From an uncultured Pseudomonadota bacterium (GTDB lineage Bacteria; Myxococcota_A; Polyangia; Fen-1088), in the NCBI GenBank assembly GCA_963847705.1, contig CAWKBC010000014.1, positions 64,001 to 128,000 on the forward strand: a stretch of DNA of 64,000 nucleotides, in the 5' to 3' direction. The translations under genes and the position numbers were made by a program. Below, piece after piece: positions 20,451-29,244 of this stretch (position 1 is the stretch's first letter; every line of letters begins with the position of its first letter). The notes under the pieces are model-generated. The model did no database searches and was not told the DNA's origin. It saw only the letters and a list, made by a program, of their open reading frames with translations.

Positions 20451-21218
20451 ATGCCCACGTCGACGAAGCGCAAGGTTGCCGCCAAGAGCTCCCCCAAGAA
20501 GTCCGCCAAGAAGGAGCTGGTCGCGCGCAGGAACGAGTACGCAGCGAAGTTCTTTCCTTACATCGAGAGGGTGGCGCGGCGGTTGGCGCGGCGCCTCCCC
20601 GCCCACGTCGAGATCGACGACCTCATCTCCTCCGGCGTCATCGGCCTGATGGAGGCCGCCGAGCGATTCGATCCGAGCCGCGTCGACCGCTTCGAGGCGT
20701 TCGCCGAGTTCCGGATCCGGGGCGCGATGCTCGACGACCTCCGGTCGCGCGACACGCTCTCGCGCGACATGCGCCGCCTGTCCAACGAGCTGCGCGACGC
20801 CACCCGCCGCCTCGAGGCGCAGCTGGGGCGCACGCCGGATCACGAGGAGATCGCCAAGCGCCTGGGTGTCGGCGTCGAGGAGCTCTATGCACGCCAGCAG
20901 AAGCTCTCCGGCTCCTCGGTGGTCGGCATCGACGACGCGGGCCCCGACCTCCTGGAGCGCACCGGTGACACCTCGGCCGACGATCCGTTCGAGCTCGCCT
21001 CGCGCCGCGAGATGCTGGACCGCCTGGTCTCCGGCATCGGCGGCCTGCCCGAAAAGATGCAGCAGGTGCTGTCGCTCTACTACTGCGACAACCTGAATCT
21101 CAAGGAGATCGGCTCGGTCCTGGGCGTCACCGAGTCGCGCGTCTGCCAGATTCACGGGGAGGCGACGCGCCGCCTGCGGGACTCGCTGGGCGAGCTGGCG
21201 GCCGAAGCCGCCGCCTAA
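20451..21218 (+). CDS. fliA: FliA/WhiG family sigma-28 factor
   Basis: VEIDDLISSGVIGLMEAAERFD, RIRGAMLDDLR, LKEIGSVLGVTESRVCQIH. Confidence 0.93.
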   Translation: MPTSTKRKVAAKSSPKKSAKKELVARRNEYAAKFFPYIERVARRLARRLPAHVEIDDLISSGVIGLMEAAERFDPSRVDRFEAFAEFRIRGAMLDDLRSRDTLSRDMRRLSNELRDATRRLEAQLGRTPDHEEIAKRLGVGVEELYARQQKLSGSSVVGIDDAGPDLLERTGDTSADDPFELASRREMLDRLVSGIGGLPEKMQQVLSLYYCDNLNLKEIGSVLGVTESRVCQIHGEATRRLRDSLGELAAEAAA

Positions 21219-21282
21219 CCAGGCGCAATCCTGCGGCTTTTCGAGGTCGGTGCGGCAGCGCGCCGACTTCGCGTTTTTTTTC

Positions 21283-21310
21283 TCAAGCGATTGGCTACAC
21301 CGTCCGATGG
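21283..21310 (+). promoter_or_regulatory. Putative sigma-28 promoter of flgM-like gene
   Basis: TCAAG-N15-TCCGATGG; same architecture as the 18872 site. Confidence 0.6.
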
Positions 21311-21317
21311 TGTGGGT

Positions 21318-21518
21318 ATGAGCGACACCAACAGACACATCACCCACCGTCGGCCGGCCACCCGCGCCCCCGGCGCCTCGCTCCAGGCCGCCCCGGTGAC
21401 CTCGCCGTCGCGGGTCGAGGCCCTGCGCAAGCTGGTGGCCGCCGGTCAGTACCAGGTCAGCCCCCGCTGGCTGGCCACCAAGATCTTCGGCGCCGCCGGC
21501 GTCAAGCTGCCCGAGTAA
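21318..21518 (+). CDS. flgM: FlgM-like anti-sigma-28 factor
   Basis: RVEALRKLVAAGQYQVSPRWLATKI resembles the FlgM C-terminal motif; directly after fliA. Confidence 0.75.
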   Translation: MSDTNRHITHRRPATRAPGASLQAAPVTSPSRVEALRKLVAAGQYQVSPRWLATKIFGAAGVKLPE

Positions 21519-21580
21519 CGCCTCCCTGGCCCCCCGGGTTCCGTGCCGGCTTCAGGCCCGGGCCCTGCCGGCCGCCGCCG

Positions 21581-21793
21581 TCACGGCGTGGCGTGATGAT
21601 CGCCGGCAGGAGAGAGCGCGGCGTTGGCGATGGCCAGCTCGTCGGCCGGAGCGACCGGCTTCTTGATGTAGTTGGTCGCGAAGCAGTAGGCGAGCGAGAT
21701 GAACGCGCCCGCGATCCAGAGCGCGCCGAAGGCCACGCCCCCAAACGGCAGCCCAAACAGCGGCGGCCCCTTCGATGTGACTGCGGTGCTCAT
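21581..21793 (-). CDS. Small membrane protein
   Basis: Single hydrophobic segment; follows the EEP gene. Confidence 0.5.
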   Translation of the reverse strand: MSTAVTSKGPPLFGLPFGGVAFGALWIAGAFISLAYCFATNYIKKPVAPADELAIANAALSPAGDHHATP

Positions 21794-21800
21794 CGTCTTT

Positions 21801-22613
21801 TTAGCTACCACGAAGGCGGGCCCAGACCAAGTCGTGATCGGAGCCGGGCGTGACCACCTGCCCGCGGGTGACGGCGGGGAGATTGGTGCAGACGACGTCG
21901 TAGCGGAGCGGGATGTCGAGCCCGAGCTTGCCGAGCGCCACGCCGAGCCGATGCGGAATCATCGGCTCGTTCTGGCGCGCGAAGTGGTGGGTGGGGCGCG
22001 TCTCCGGATCGCTGGCGCCGAACGCCGCGAACGGCGCCAGGAGGTCGTCGAGCGCGTGCCGGCCGCGCCGCCAGGAGAACGCGTTGGTGTCGCCGCAGCC
22101 GACCAACCGCCGCTCGAGACCACGCTCGGCGAGCGCGTCCGCCAGGGCGGCGACTTGCGTGGCGCGCTGGCGATGGCCACCGGCCGTGTCGAGATGGAAT
22201 GAGACCGCCGTGAGCGGCGGACCTCCGTGGGCCGAGAGCTCGGCCCAGAGCGCGTGCTTCTGCTTGCTCTTCCCCCCCACGATGTAGCGTCGTTCGAACC
22301 AGGAGAGCGAGGCGAGACGCGGCAGCGGGATGATCCCGCTCCGGACGGTGGAGAGGGTCCGGGCGTCGACGACGAGCGCCAGCCCCTGGCAGCCGTCGTG
22401 GCGAACGACGCGATAACTGTCGCCCAGCGCCTGCGCCACCCGTACGCTGGGGCGCTCGTCGGGGCCGTCGCCGATGTAACGATCCTCCTGCAGGCAGAGA
22501 AGGTCGAGGCCTTCACTGTCGCGGAGCTCCCCGTACTGGGCCAGGAGGGCCTCGAGCTGGCGCCCGTGCATGAGGTTGTGTGTCGCGACGACGATGGAAG
22601 GTTCAGCGGGCAC
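21801..22613 (-). CDS. Endonuclease/exonuclease/phosphatase family protein
   Basis: ATHNL, LLCLQE, SFHLD, CGDTN, GSDH. Confidence 0.85.
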   Translation of the reverse strand: MPAEPSIVVATHNLMHGRQLEALLAQYGELRDSEGLDLLCLQEDRYIGDGPDERPSVRVAQALGDSYRVVRHDGCQGLALVVDARTLSTVRSGIIPLPRLASLSWFERRYIVGGKSKQKHALWAELSAHGGPPLTAVSFHLDTAGGHRQRATQVAALADALAERGLERRLVGCGDTNAFSWRRGRHALDDLLAPFAAFGASDPETRPTHHFARQNEPMIPHRLGVALGKLGLDIPLRYDVVCTNLPAVTRGQVVTPGSDHDLVWARLRGS

Positions 22614-22729
22614 CAGGCCGCCGAATCTCTCATGCCTTCAGCCCGCCGAGATCGGTGACCCGCGGGCGCGCGCCGGTTGGCCCGCGCCCCCCGAGCTGAG
22701 GTCACGCGGGGCGAGATGGGATCGCGCCA

Positions 22730-23968
22730 TCACCTTCCGGTAACCACGATGTCCGTGCGCCGGTTCTGGGCTCGACCGCTCTCTGTTTCGTTGGAGGCGA
22801 TGGGGTTTTCTTGCCCCAAGCCAGCCGTGGTCACGCGCGTGGGATCGATCCCCTTGCCGCCGAGTAATCCCTTTACTGTCTCCGAACGGTCACGCGACAG
22901 GTCGAGGTTGGCGGCTGCGGTCCCGATGCTGTCGGTGTAGCTCTCCACCCGGATGGTCGCGGTCGGATAGGCGCGCAGGATGGCGGCCATCTCGTCCACG
23001 GTGGCCAGGGATTCGGGCGTCAGCTGGGTCGAGGCAAACTCGAAGTTCATCGGCGAGAGGGTGAACCGTGCGGGCGTGGCGTCGTTGCCACCCAGGAAGC
23101 TCGCCAGACGGTAGGCCGCCGACCCGCGCGCCACCGTCAGCGATTGACCGTTGGGGAGCGCCAGCGGAATGGTCGCCCGGGAGACCGCCTCGGCCGGCAG
23201 ATTGTGCAGCACCTGGGTGTGGATCACCGGCCGCCGCATGGCACGCAGCAGGGGGATCGCGATCAGCATGAGCGCCCCCAGCAGGACGAGCGGCGCCAAC
23301 CAACCTTTGCGTTCCGGGCCCGCCACCCGGCGAATCGCCGGAGAGCCGACCTCACGCGCACGCTCGGCGACGGGTCGGTCGACGACCGGGGCTACCTTCC
23401 GGCTGTCGAGCCGGCCGTCGACCTTGGTGGCTGCGCCGGCGGCAAAGAGAGAGGCGACCGGTCCAGGCAGCCGCCGTACGAAGTCCCCGCGCTGCTGGCC
23501 CAGCATCGTGCGCAGCCCCTCAGGTTCGATCCGCTCCCAGCTGCGCCCGATCGTTAACAGGGTCGCCCCGGTCGCGCCGCCGAGCAGCTGGTGCGCCGAA
23601 TCGGCCTTGATGCCGCTGGCGCGCGCCACCGCGTCGGCGATCTGCGAACCGCGCGCGCCCGTCTCGCCATCGAACAGCGTCGTCCCCTGCGCGCGCCCCG
23701 CGGTCGAGCCGAGGATCGAGGCGACGCTGTCGGCCCCGGGTCGGTTGGCGTCGATCCCGCGGATCATGCGGGTGAGGTGGCTGGCCCCGGTGTCCGAGGA
23801 GGCCACGTCCGACAGCGCCGTCAGCACCGAGGGGATGGTGGTCGACAGCGCCGACTGCAAGTGGTCGTCATCCTCTCCGAGCTGCAGAGCCGCGCGATGG
23901 ATGACCTCCGGGGTGATTTCACGATTCACCAGCCCGAGGATGTCGGGCGTCGACGTTGATCCATTCAT
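22730..23968 (-). CDS. DUF937-like plus OmpA-like peptidoglycan-binding protein
   Basis: C-terminal YTDSIG..ANLDLSRDRS, NRRTDI; central TM helix. Confidence 0.85.
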   Translation of the reverse strand: MNGSTSTPDILGLVNREITPEVIHRAALQLGEDDDHLQSALSTTIPSVLTALSDVASSDTGASHLTRMIRGIDANRPGADSVASILGSTAGRAQGTTLFDGETGARGSQIADAVARASGIKADSAHQLLGGATGATLLTIGRSWERIEPEGLRTMLGQQRGDFVRRLPGPVASLFAAGAATKVDGRLDSRKVAPVVDRPVAERAREVGSPAIRRVAGPERKGWLAPLVLLGALMLIAIPLLRAMRRPVIHTQVLHNLPAEAVSRATIPLALPNGQSLTVARGSAAYRLASFLGGNDATPARFTLSPMNFEFASTQLTPESLATVDEMAAILRAYPTATIRVESYTDSIGTAAANLDLSRDRSETVKGLLGGKGIDPTRVTTAGLGQENPIASNETESGRAQNRRTDIVVTGR

Positions 23969-24085
23969 GAGGGACCTCGCTTTCTGAGCTTTGGTCCGTG
24001 CATCCATCGGGCCGCGCGAGCGCGACCGGGAGCGGGAGCCGCGGTCTACGGGTTGCACCCTATACGGGTGAAAAGGAGGTGCCCG

Positions 24086-24859
24086 ATGAGATGGACTCGA
24101 AACGAGGTACGGGCGGGAATGGCCGTCACCAGCACCAAGGGGGAGCGGCTCGGCAACGTGGTACGTGTCGGCTCAGACACTTTCGTGGTCGAGAAGGGGG
24201 TGTTCTTCCCCAAGGACTACGAGCTCCGCTACGATCACATCACCTCGCTCGAGGGTGAACAGATCGGGTACTCGCTCTCCGACACCGACTCTCGGTTCGG
24301 CAGCCTGGCGGAGACGGCTCGAGCGGGGACGGCGGCCACGGCCGCGGCGGCGGCGGCGCGCGCGGTGCCGCCGGCGCCTCCGGCTCGGGCAGCCGCCTCG
24401 ACGTCGATCGGCACGAGCAGCAAGGAGGACCTCCGGATCCCGCTCATGGAAGAGGAGATCGGAATCGAGAAGGTCTCTCGCGAGACCGGGCACGTCCGGA
24501 TCCACAAGACCGTCAAGACGGAGGAGAAGCGGTTCAGCGTTCCTGTCACCCGTGAGGACGTGGTGATCGAGCGGGTGAGCGCTTCAGAGGAGGACACCCG
24601 GCTCTCGCCGGAGCTGGCGTTCCAGGAGCAGACGCTGGATATGCCGCTGCACGAGGAGGACGTGCAGGTCACCAAACGAACGCGCGTGCGCGAGAAGATC
24701 GTGGTCCACCCCGTCATCCAGGCGTCGGAGAAAGAGGCATCCGCCAGCCTCCGGCACGAAGAGGTGGAGATCGACGACACCCGCGGTCGCACGCTGCGCA
24801 ACAGCGACGACGACGTGACTCGTCCGGGGTTCGGCGCTCCGGGCAGCAACAGCCGCTGA
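24086..24859 (+). CDS. YsnF/AvaK (DUF2382) stress protein with N-terminal PRC-like domain
   Basis: IPLMEEEIGIEK..ETGHVRIHK, VPVTREDVVIER; AAAGGAGG RBS. Confidence 0.85.
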   Translation: MRWTRNEVRAGMAVTSTKGERLGNVVRVGSDTFVVEKGVFFPKDYELRYDHITSLEGEQIGYSLSDTDSRFGSLAETARAGTAATAAAAAARAVPPAPPARAAASTSIGTSSKEDLRIPLMEEEIGIEKVSRETGHVRIHKTVKTEEKRFSVPVTREDVVIERVSASEEDTRLSPELAFQEQTLDMPLHEEDVQVTKRTRVREKIVVHPVIQASEKEASASLRHEEVEIDDTRGRTLRNSDDDVTRPGFGAPGSNSR

Positions 24860-25060
24860 AGGCATCGGGCACATAGAGACGGCGACGCCCGTCCCCGGCC
24901 TCTCGGCGCCGGGCGACGGGCGTTCGCGATCTGGCGCCAGAGCGGCTCCAATCACTGGGGAACCGGCGGCAACGGCGCGGGGCCACGACATCGATGTCGC
25001 GTTCCACCGACCATGGGGCGCCTCGTCGCTGGAAGTCCGCGCAATTCCGCGCCTGCGAAA

Positions 25061-25076
25061 TGGCACGCCCGTTGCG
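25061..25076 (+). promoter_or_regulatory. Sigma-54 promoter of the three-gene operon
   Basis: TGGCAC-GCCCG-TTGCG, near-perfect -24/-12 consensus. Confidence 0.7.
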
Positions 25077-25091
25077 TCGTTGCTGGCTCGC

Positions 25092-26825
25092 ATGAAACGG
25101 ACTCTCGGCGCTGTTCTGTTGTGGACCCTGGCGGGTTGTGCCGGCGTGGGCGGCAGCAGCGGAAGCTCCTCGTCGCCACCGACCAACGGCACCGGGACCG
25201 GCAACGGATCGGGAACGTCGAACGGCAGCGGCGGATCGACGGCAGCGACCGACGCGGGCGGTCCGTCGCTGCCACCCGAGATGGAGGTCGAGAGCTCGTA
25301 CGAGGTCCCCGTCGCGACCGGCAGCTACATCTGGGTGGCGAACCCGGACAGCGGCCGCGTCGCCTACGTCGCGGGCGCCACGCTGCAGGTCCACACCGTC
25401 GAGGCCGGCAACGCGCCGACGTACATCAGCGCCATCCCCAGCGCCACCGACGACGCCGTGGTGGTGCTGAACGTCCTCTCCGACGACGCGACGATCCTGC
25501 GGGTCGCGTCGGGCGGTCAGCTCACCAAGAGCACGGTGAGCGGCCTGGCCGCCGGCGCGAACGCGCTGACGGTGTCGCCGAGCGGCCGCTGGGTCACCGC
25601 CTGGACCGACGCGCGGAACATCGCCAGCCCCAACCCGCTGCAGGGCTACCAGGCGATCACGCTGATCGATCTGTCGGCGAACCCGCCGGCCAGGACGATC
25701 CTCTCCGTCGGATTCCGTCCGGTCGACGTCGCCTATGCCGCTGACGACGCGGCCGCCTTCGCGGTGACGGAAGATGGCGTCTCGGTCGTCGACCTCACGC
25801 AAGCGGGGGCCCCGCAGGTCACCGGCAGCGTCCCGCTCACCGACGATCCGACCGAGGACGCCGACACCCGCGACGTCTCGATCACGCCGAACGGGCGCCT
25901 GGCGGTGGTGAGGCGCGAGGGGAGCGCCTCGCTGGGGATCGTCGACCTCACCACCGGCACCTTGGGGTCGATCGCGCTGTCGGGCGCGATCACCGACGTC
26001 GACGTCACCGCCGACGGAGCGAGCGCGGTGGCGGTCGTCCGCGACACCGCCGAGGTGGCGGTCATCCCCCTCGCCGGCGGGATCCCCGATCCCGCCACCG
26101 TCCAGCACGTGACGATCGCGGGAGAGACGGTCGGCTCGGCATCGATCGCCGCGGACGGCAAGACCGTCCTCCTCTACACCAACGCGGTCGCCGCCGAGCG
26201 GTTGACCGTGCTGACGCTGGGGGCAACGCCCACCTACCGGGTGGTGAAGCTCCACGCGCCGGTGCTGGCGGTCTTCGCGACCGCCGACGCCTCGAACGCG
26301 ATCGTCTTTCACAGCGAATCGGCGGCACCACCGACGACCGCGACGACGACGACCGACGGCGGCCACGGGCCATCCGCCGACGGGGGCCCAACGTCCACAG
26401 CGGATGCCGGCCTGCCATCGCAGACCGCCACCAATGCCTTCAGCCTGGTGCCTCTGGCCGCCGACCTCCCGGCCTTGATCGAGGAGACCGACGTCCCGCC
26501 CCAGGCGGTGGCGATCACCCCGGCGGGCGATCGCGTGCTCGTCACCGAGCGCGACGACACCAAGAATATCTACGGCGTCTACGTGGGGCAGTTCCCCTCG
26601 CTGGAGGTCCAGAAGATCACCCTGGCCAGCCCGCCCATCGCCGTCGGCGTGCTGGCCGCGGCCGACGAGGGCTACGTCGCCCAGAAGAACGCCGAGGGAC
26701 GCATCACCTTCGTCGCCCTCGACGGTGGACAGGCCCGGACGCTGACCGGATTCGAGATCGGCGCCAGCGTCGTCGACTGGGCCCAGGACAGCAACAGCGC
26801 CGCCGACGGAGGAGTCGACCGATGA
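25092..26825 (+). CDS. Lipoprotein, predicted beta-propeller (YncE-like)
   Basis: Lipobox LAGC; Gly/Ser linker; repeated blades VSPSGRW, ITPNGR, VTADG, ITPAGDR. Confidence 0.75.
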   Translation: MKRTLGAVLLWTLAGCAGVGGSSGSSSSPPTNGTGTGNGSGTSNGSGGSTAATDAGGPSLPPEMEVESSYEVPVATGSYIWVANPDSGRVAYVAGATLQVHTVEAGNAPTYISAIPSATDDAVVVLNVLSDDATILRVASGGQLTKSTVSGLAAGANALTVSPSGRWVTAWTDARNIASPNPLQGYQAITLIDLSANPPARTILSVGFRPVDVAYAADDAAAFAVTEDGVSVVDLTQAGAPQVTGSVPLTDDPTEDADTRDVSITPNGRLAVVRREGSASLGIVDLTTGTLGSIALSGAITDVDVTADGASAVAVVRDTAEVAVIPLAGGIPDPATVQHVTIAGETVGSASIAADGKTVLLYTNAVAAERLTVLTLGATPTYRVVKLHAPVLAVFATADASNAIVFHSESAAPPTTATTTTDGGHGPSADGGPTSTADAGLPSQTATNAFSLVPLAADLPALIEETDVPPQAVAITPAGDRVLVTERDDTKNIYGVYVGQFPSLEVQKITLASPPIAVGVLAAADEGYVAQKNAEGRITFVALDGGQARTLTGFEIGASVVDWAQDSNSAADGGVDR

Positions 26826-28474
26826 CCCAGACGGCTCGAACGTTCGCGCGGCGGCTCGTCTGGGCGGCGGTGATGGTCGCCGGCTGCGGCGGTCGGACCT
26901 CGTACTGGTCGAGCCCGATCGCCACCTCGCCGCCGACCTTCAACCTGGGGGACGAGATCGCGCTCGTCGACACCGGCGCCAACCGGGTCGTGCTGCTGCA
27001 GGCCGGCGCCAACCAGAGCCTGATCGCCTCCTCCATTCCGGTCGGCGTGGACATCCTCAACGCGGCCACCTCGCCCGATGGGACGAAGCTGTTCGTCGTG
27101 TCGGGCGGCCACCGCGCCCAGCTGGGCGACGACCAGCCGAGCGAGTGGCCCTCGATCACCGTCGTCACCTCGGGGGCAGCGCCGGCGCGTTACGACCTCA
27201 CGAACATCACCGATCCGCTGGCCGGCCTGGCGATCGATCCGGCCGGGCACTGGGTGGTGCTCTACCCGAGCACCGGAACCAACCAGCCCTTCGTGGAGAA
27301 CCCCAACGAGCTGGTCATCCTCGACGTCTCTCAGCCGCCGCCCGTGACCGCCATCCCTCACACGCTCATGAGCTTCGGTGGTCATCCCCAACGTTTCACC
27401 TTCACCCCGCCGCTGGCGCTGCCGATCGGGTCGCACCCCCTGCTCATCGTCGAGTCCGACCAAGATCTCTCGCTGCTGAATCTCGACGACCCCAGCAAGC
27501 CGGAGATCACCGTGCCGCTCACCAACGGGTCCGACACCCAGCTGCTGGCGCCCGCCGGCGTCGCGGTCTATCCGGGCGACGCCACGACCGGCGCCTGCCT
27601 CGGCGTCCGCCTCGCCAACGACGATGACGTCGTGGCGCTGCAGTTCGTCCCCAGCGTCGATGCCAGCGGAAATTCGATCGGCAACGGCTTTCTGCCCACG
27701 GTCAACCTCAACAACGTCGGCGGGATCGCCAGCGACCTGGCCTTCGTCCACACCGACAGCGGCCTGCGCCTCGGCGCCCTCATCCCCGGCCAGAGCAAGG
27801 CGACGCTGATCGATCCGGTCACCAGCCTGACCCAGGATGTGGCGCTCCCGGCTCCCTATCAGAACCTGTCGGTGGTGACCGACGCGCTGGGGAGCGCCAG
27901 CGGCTGCGACGGCGGCACGACGAGCGCCGGAGCCCCCACCGACGTCGCGCTGCTCTGGAACGGAACGACCGTGCAGGGGCAAGCGGGGGTGGCGTTCTGG
28001 GAGCTCGGGCAGGCCGGCTGTCAGCCCTACCGCAGCATCGACACCGTCGGCGTCACCGACGTCGTCGCCCAGGTCCTCGACGTCCCGACGCCCAACGCGA
28101 CGCTCAAGGTCTTGCAGACCAGAGACGCCGACACGTTCTACATCCTGAACCTGGCCAACCGGACCGCCGCACCGCTCGAGACCTCCAGCTCCAACGTCGC
28201 GCTGGCCGTCTCACCGCTCGGCGATCAGGTCTGGAGCTACGTCCCCGAGGGGCTGACCGTCTCGGCCACCGACTTCGCGCACGAGCTCCCCCGGTCACTG
28301 CTGATCGAACGGCCGGTCTCCGGGGTGTACGAGATCGCGCGCACCGGCCTGGCGCCCGCGGTCGTCGTGCTGCACGACGAAGGGGGCATCGGCGCGACCG
28401 TGTACGACGCGACGACGCTCGAGGACTCGACCCGGCGCCTCTACGCCGGCCTCTTGCTGGGAGGCGCGCCATGA
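26822..28474 (+). CDS. Lipoprotein, predicted beta-propeller-like
   Basis: Lipobox VAGC; SPDGTKLFV, IDPAGHW, VSPLGDQVW; ATGA overlap. Confidence 0.7.
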   Translation: MTQTARTFARRLVWAAVMVAGCGGRTSYWSSPIATSPPTFNLGDEIALVDTGANRVVLLQAGANQSLIASSIPVGVDILNAATSPDGTKLFVVSGGHRAQLGDDQPSEWPSITVVTSGAAPARYDLTNITDPLAGLAIDPAGHWVVLYPSTGTNQPFVENPNELVILDVSQPPPVTAIPHTLMSFGGHPQRFTFTPPLALPIGSHPLLIVESDQDLSLLNLDDPSKPEITVPLTNGSDTQLLAPAGVAVYPGDATTGACLGVRLANDDDVVALQFVPSVDASGNSIGNGFLPTVNLNNVGGIASDLAFVHTDSGLRLGALIPGQSKATLIDPVTSLTQDVALPAPYQNLSVVTDALGSASGCDGGTTSAGAPTDVALLWNGTTVQGQAGVAFWELGQAGCQPYRSIDTVGVTDVVAQVLDVPTPNATLKVLQTRDADTFYILNLANRTAAPLETSSSNVALAVSPLGDQVWSYVPEGLTVSATDFAHELPRSLLIERPVSGVYEIARTGLAPAVVVLHDEGGIGATVYDATTLEDSTRRLYAGLLLGGAP

Positions 28475-29178
28475 CCCTCGGAGCTCGCAGGATGCTGCTG
28501 CTGGCGGTCGGCCTCTCGCTGGCCGCCTCGAACGCGCGCGCCCAGACGATCGAGCAGGGCGCGCTGCCGGCGTTGCGCCCCCCGACCTGGGAGGTCAGCG
28601 CCGGCGTCCGCACCACGTACGTCAAGAGCGCGGGCTTCGATCCCTTCTCGACCGACGATGCGTTCGTGCAGTTCTCGCTCTCCGGGTTGGGGGTCGTCGC
28701 CCGCCGCGGCCGCCTCTCCTTCGCCCTCGGGGCCGGCCTCGACGTCGGCAGCTCCAGCGCCACCGCGCGAAACGCGCCGTCGAGCCTGTCGCTCACCCAC
28801 CCCTCGGCGCTGGCCGAAGGACGCTACCAGCCCTGGTCGCGCCTCTATCTCTTTGCGCGCCTCGCGCCCGGGCTGATGCACGGCACGGCGACGATCAACG
28901 ACGCCTCGTCCCCCTCCAGCCCCGGCCTGACGACCGACTTCGACGCCTTCTCTCTCGACGCCGGCGGCGGCGGCGCGTTCTGCCTGGGGGCCGTCGGCGT
29001 CGCCCGCATCGGCGTCTGGCTGCTCGCCGACGGCGGCTACGGCTGGGTCGCCGCCCAGGATCTGGTCCTCGCCCCGACGCTCGGCGCCGCCGACCAGAGC
29101 AAAGGCGGCACGCTCGACCTCGGCACCCTCGCCCCCCGCGGCGGCTTCTTCCGCATCTCCATGGCCCTCAGTTACTGA
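28471..29178 (+). CDS. Predicted small outer-membrane beta-barrel protein
   Basis: Signal peptide ARA-Q, amphipathic beta strands, C-terminal FRISMALSY; ATGA overlap. Confidence 0.7.
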   Translation: MTLGARRMLLLAVGLSLAASNARAQTIEQGALPALRPPTWEVSAGVRTTYVKSAGFDPFSTDDAFVQFSLSGLGVVARRGRLSFALGAGLDVGSSSATARNAPSSLSLTHPSALAEGRYQPWSRLYLFARLAPGLMHGTATINDASSPSSPGLTTDFDAFSLDAGGGGAFCLGAVGVARIGVWLLADGGYGWVAAQDLVLAPTLGAADQSKGGTLDLGTLAPRGGFFRISMALSY

Positions 29179-29244
29179 CCGCGCGCCCGGGACGTTTCCC
29201 CCCGCGCGAGCTGCCCGCACCACAGGCAGCGGAGCCGAGGCCCG

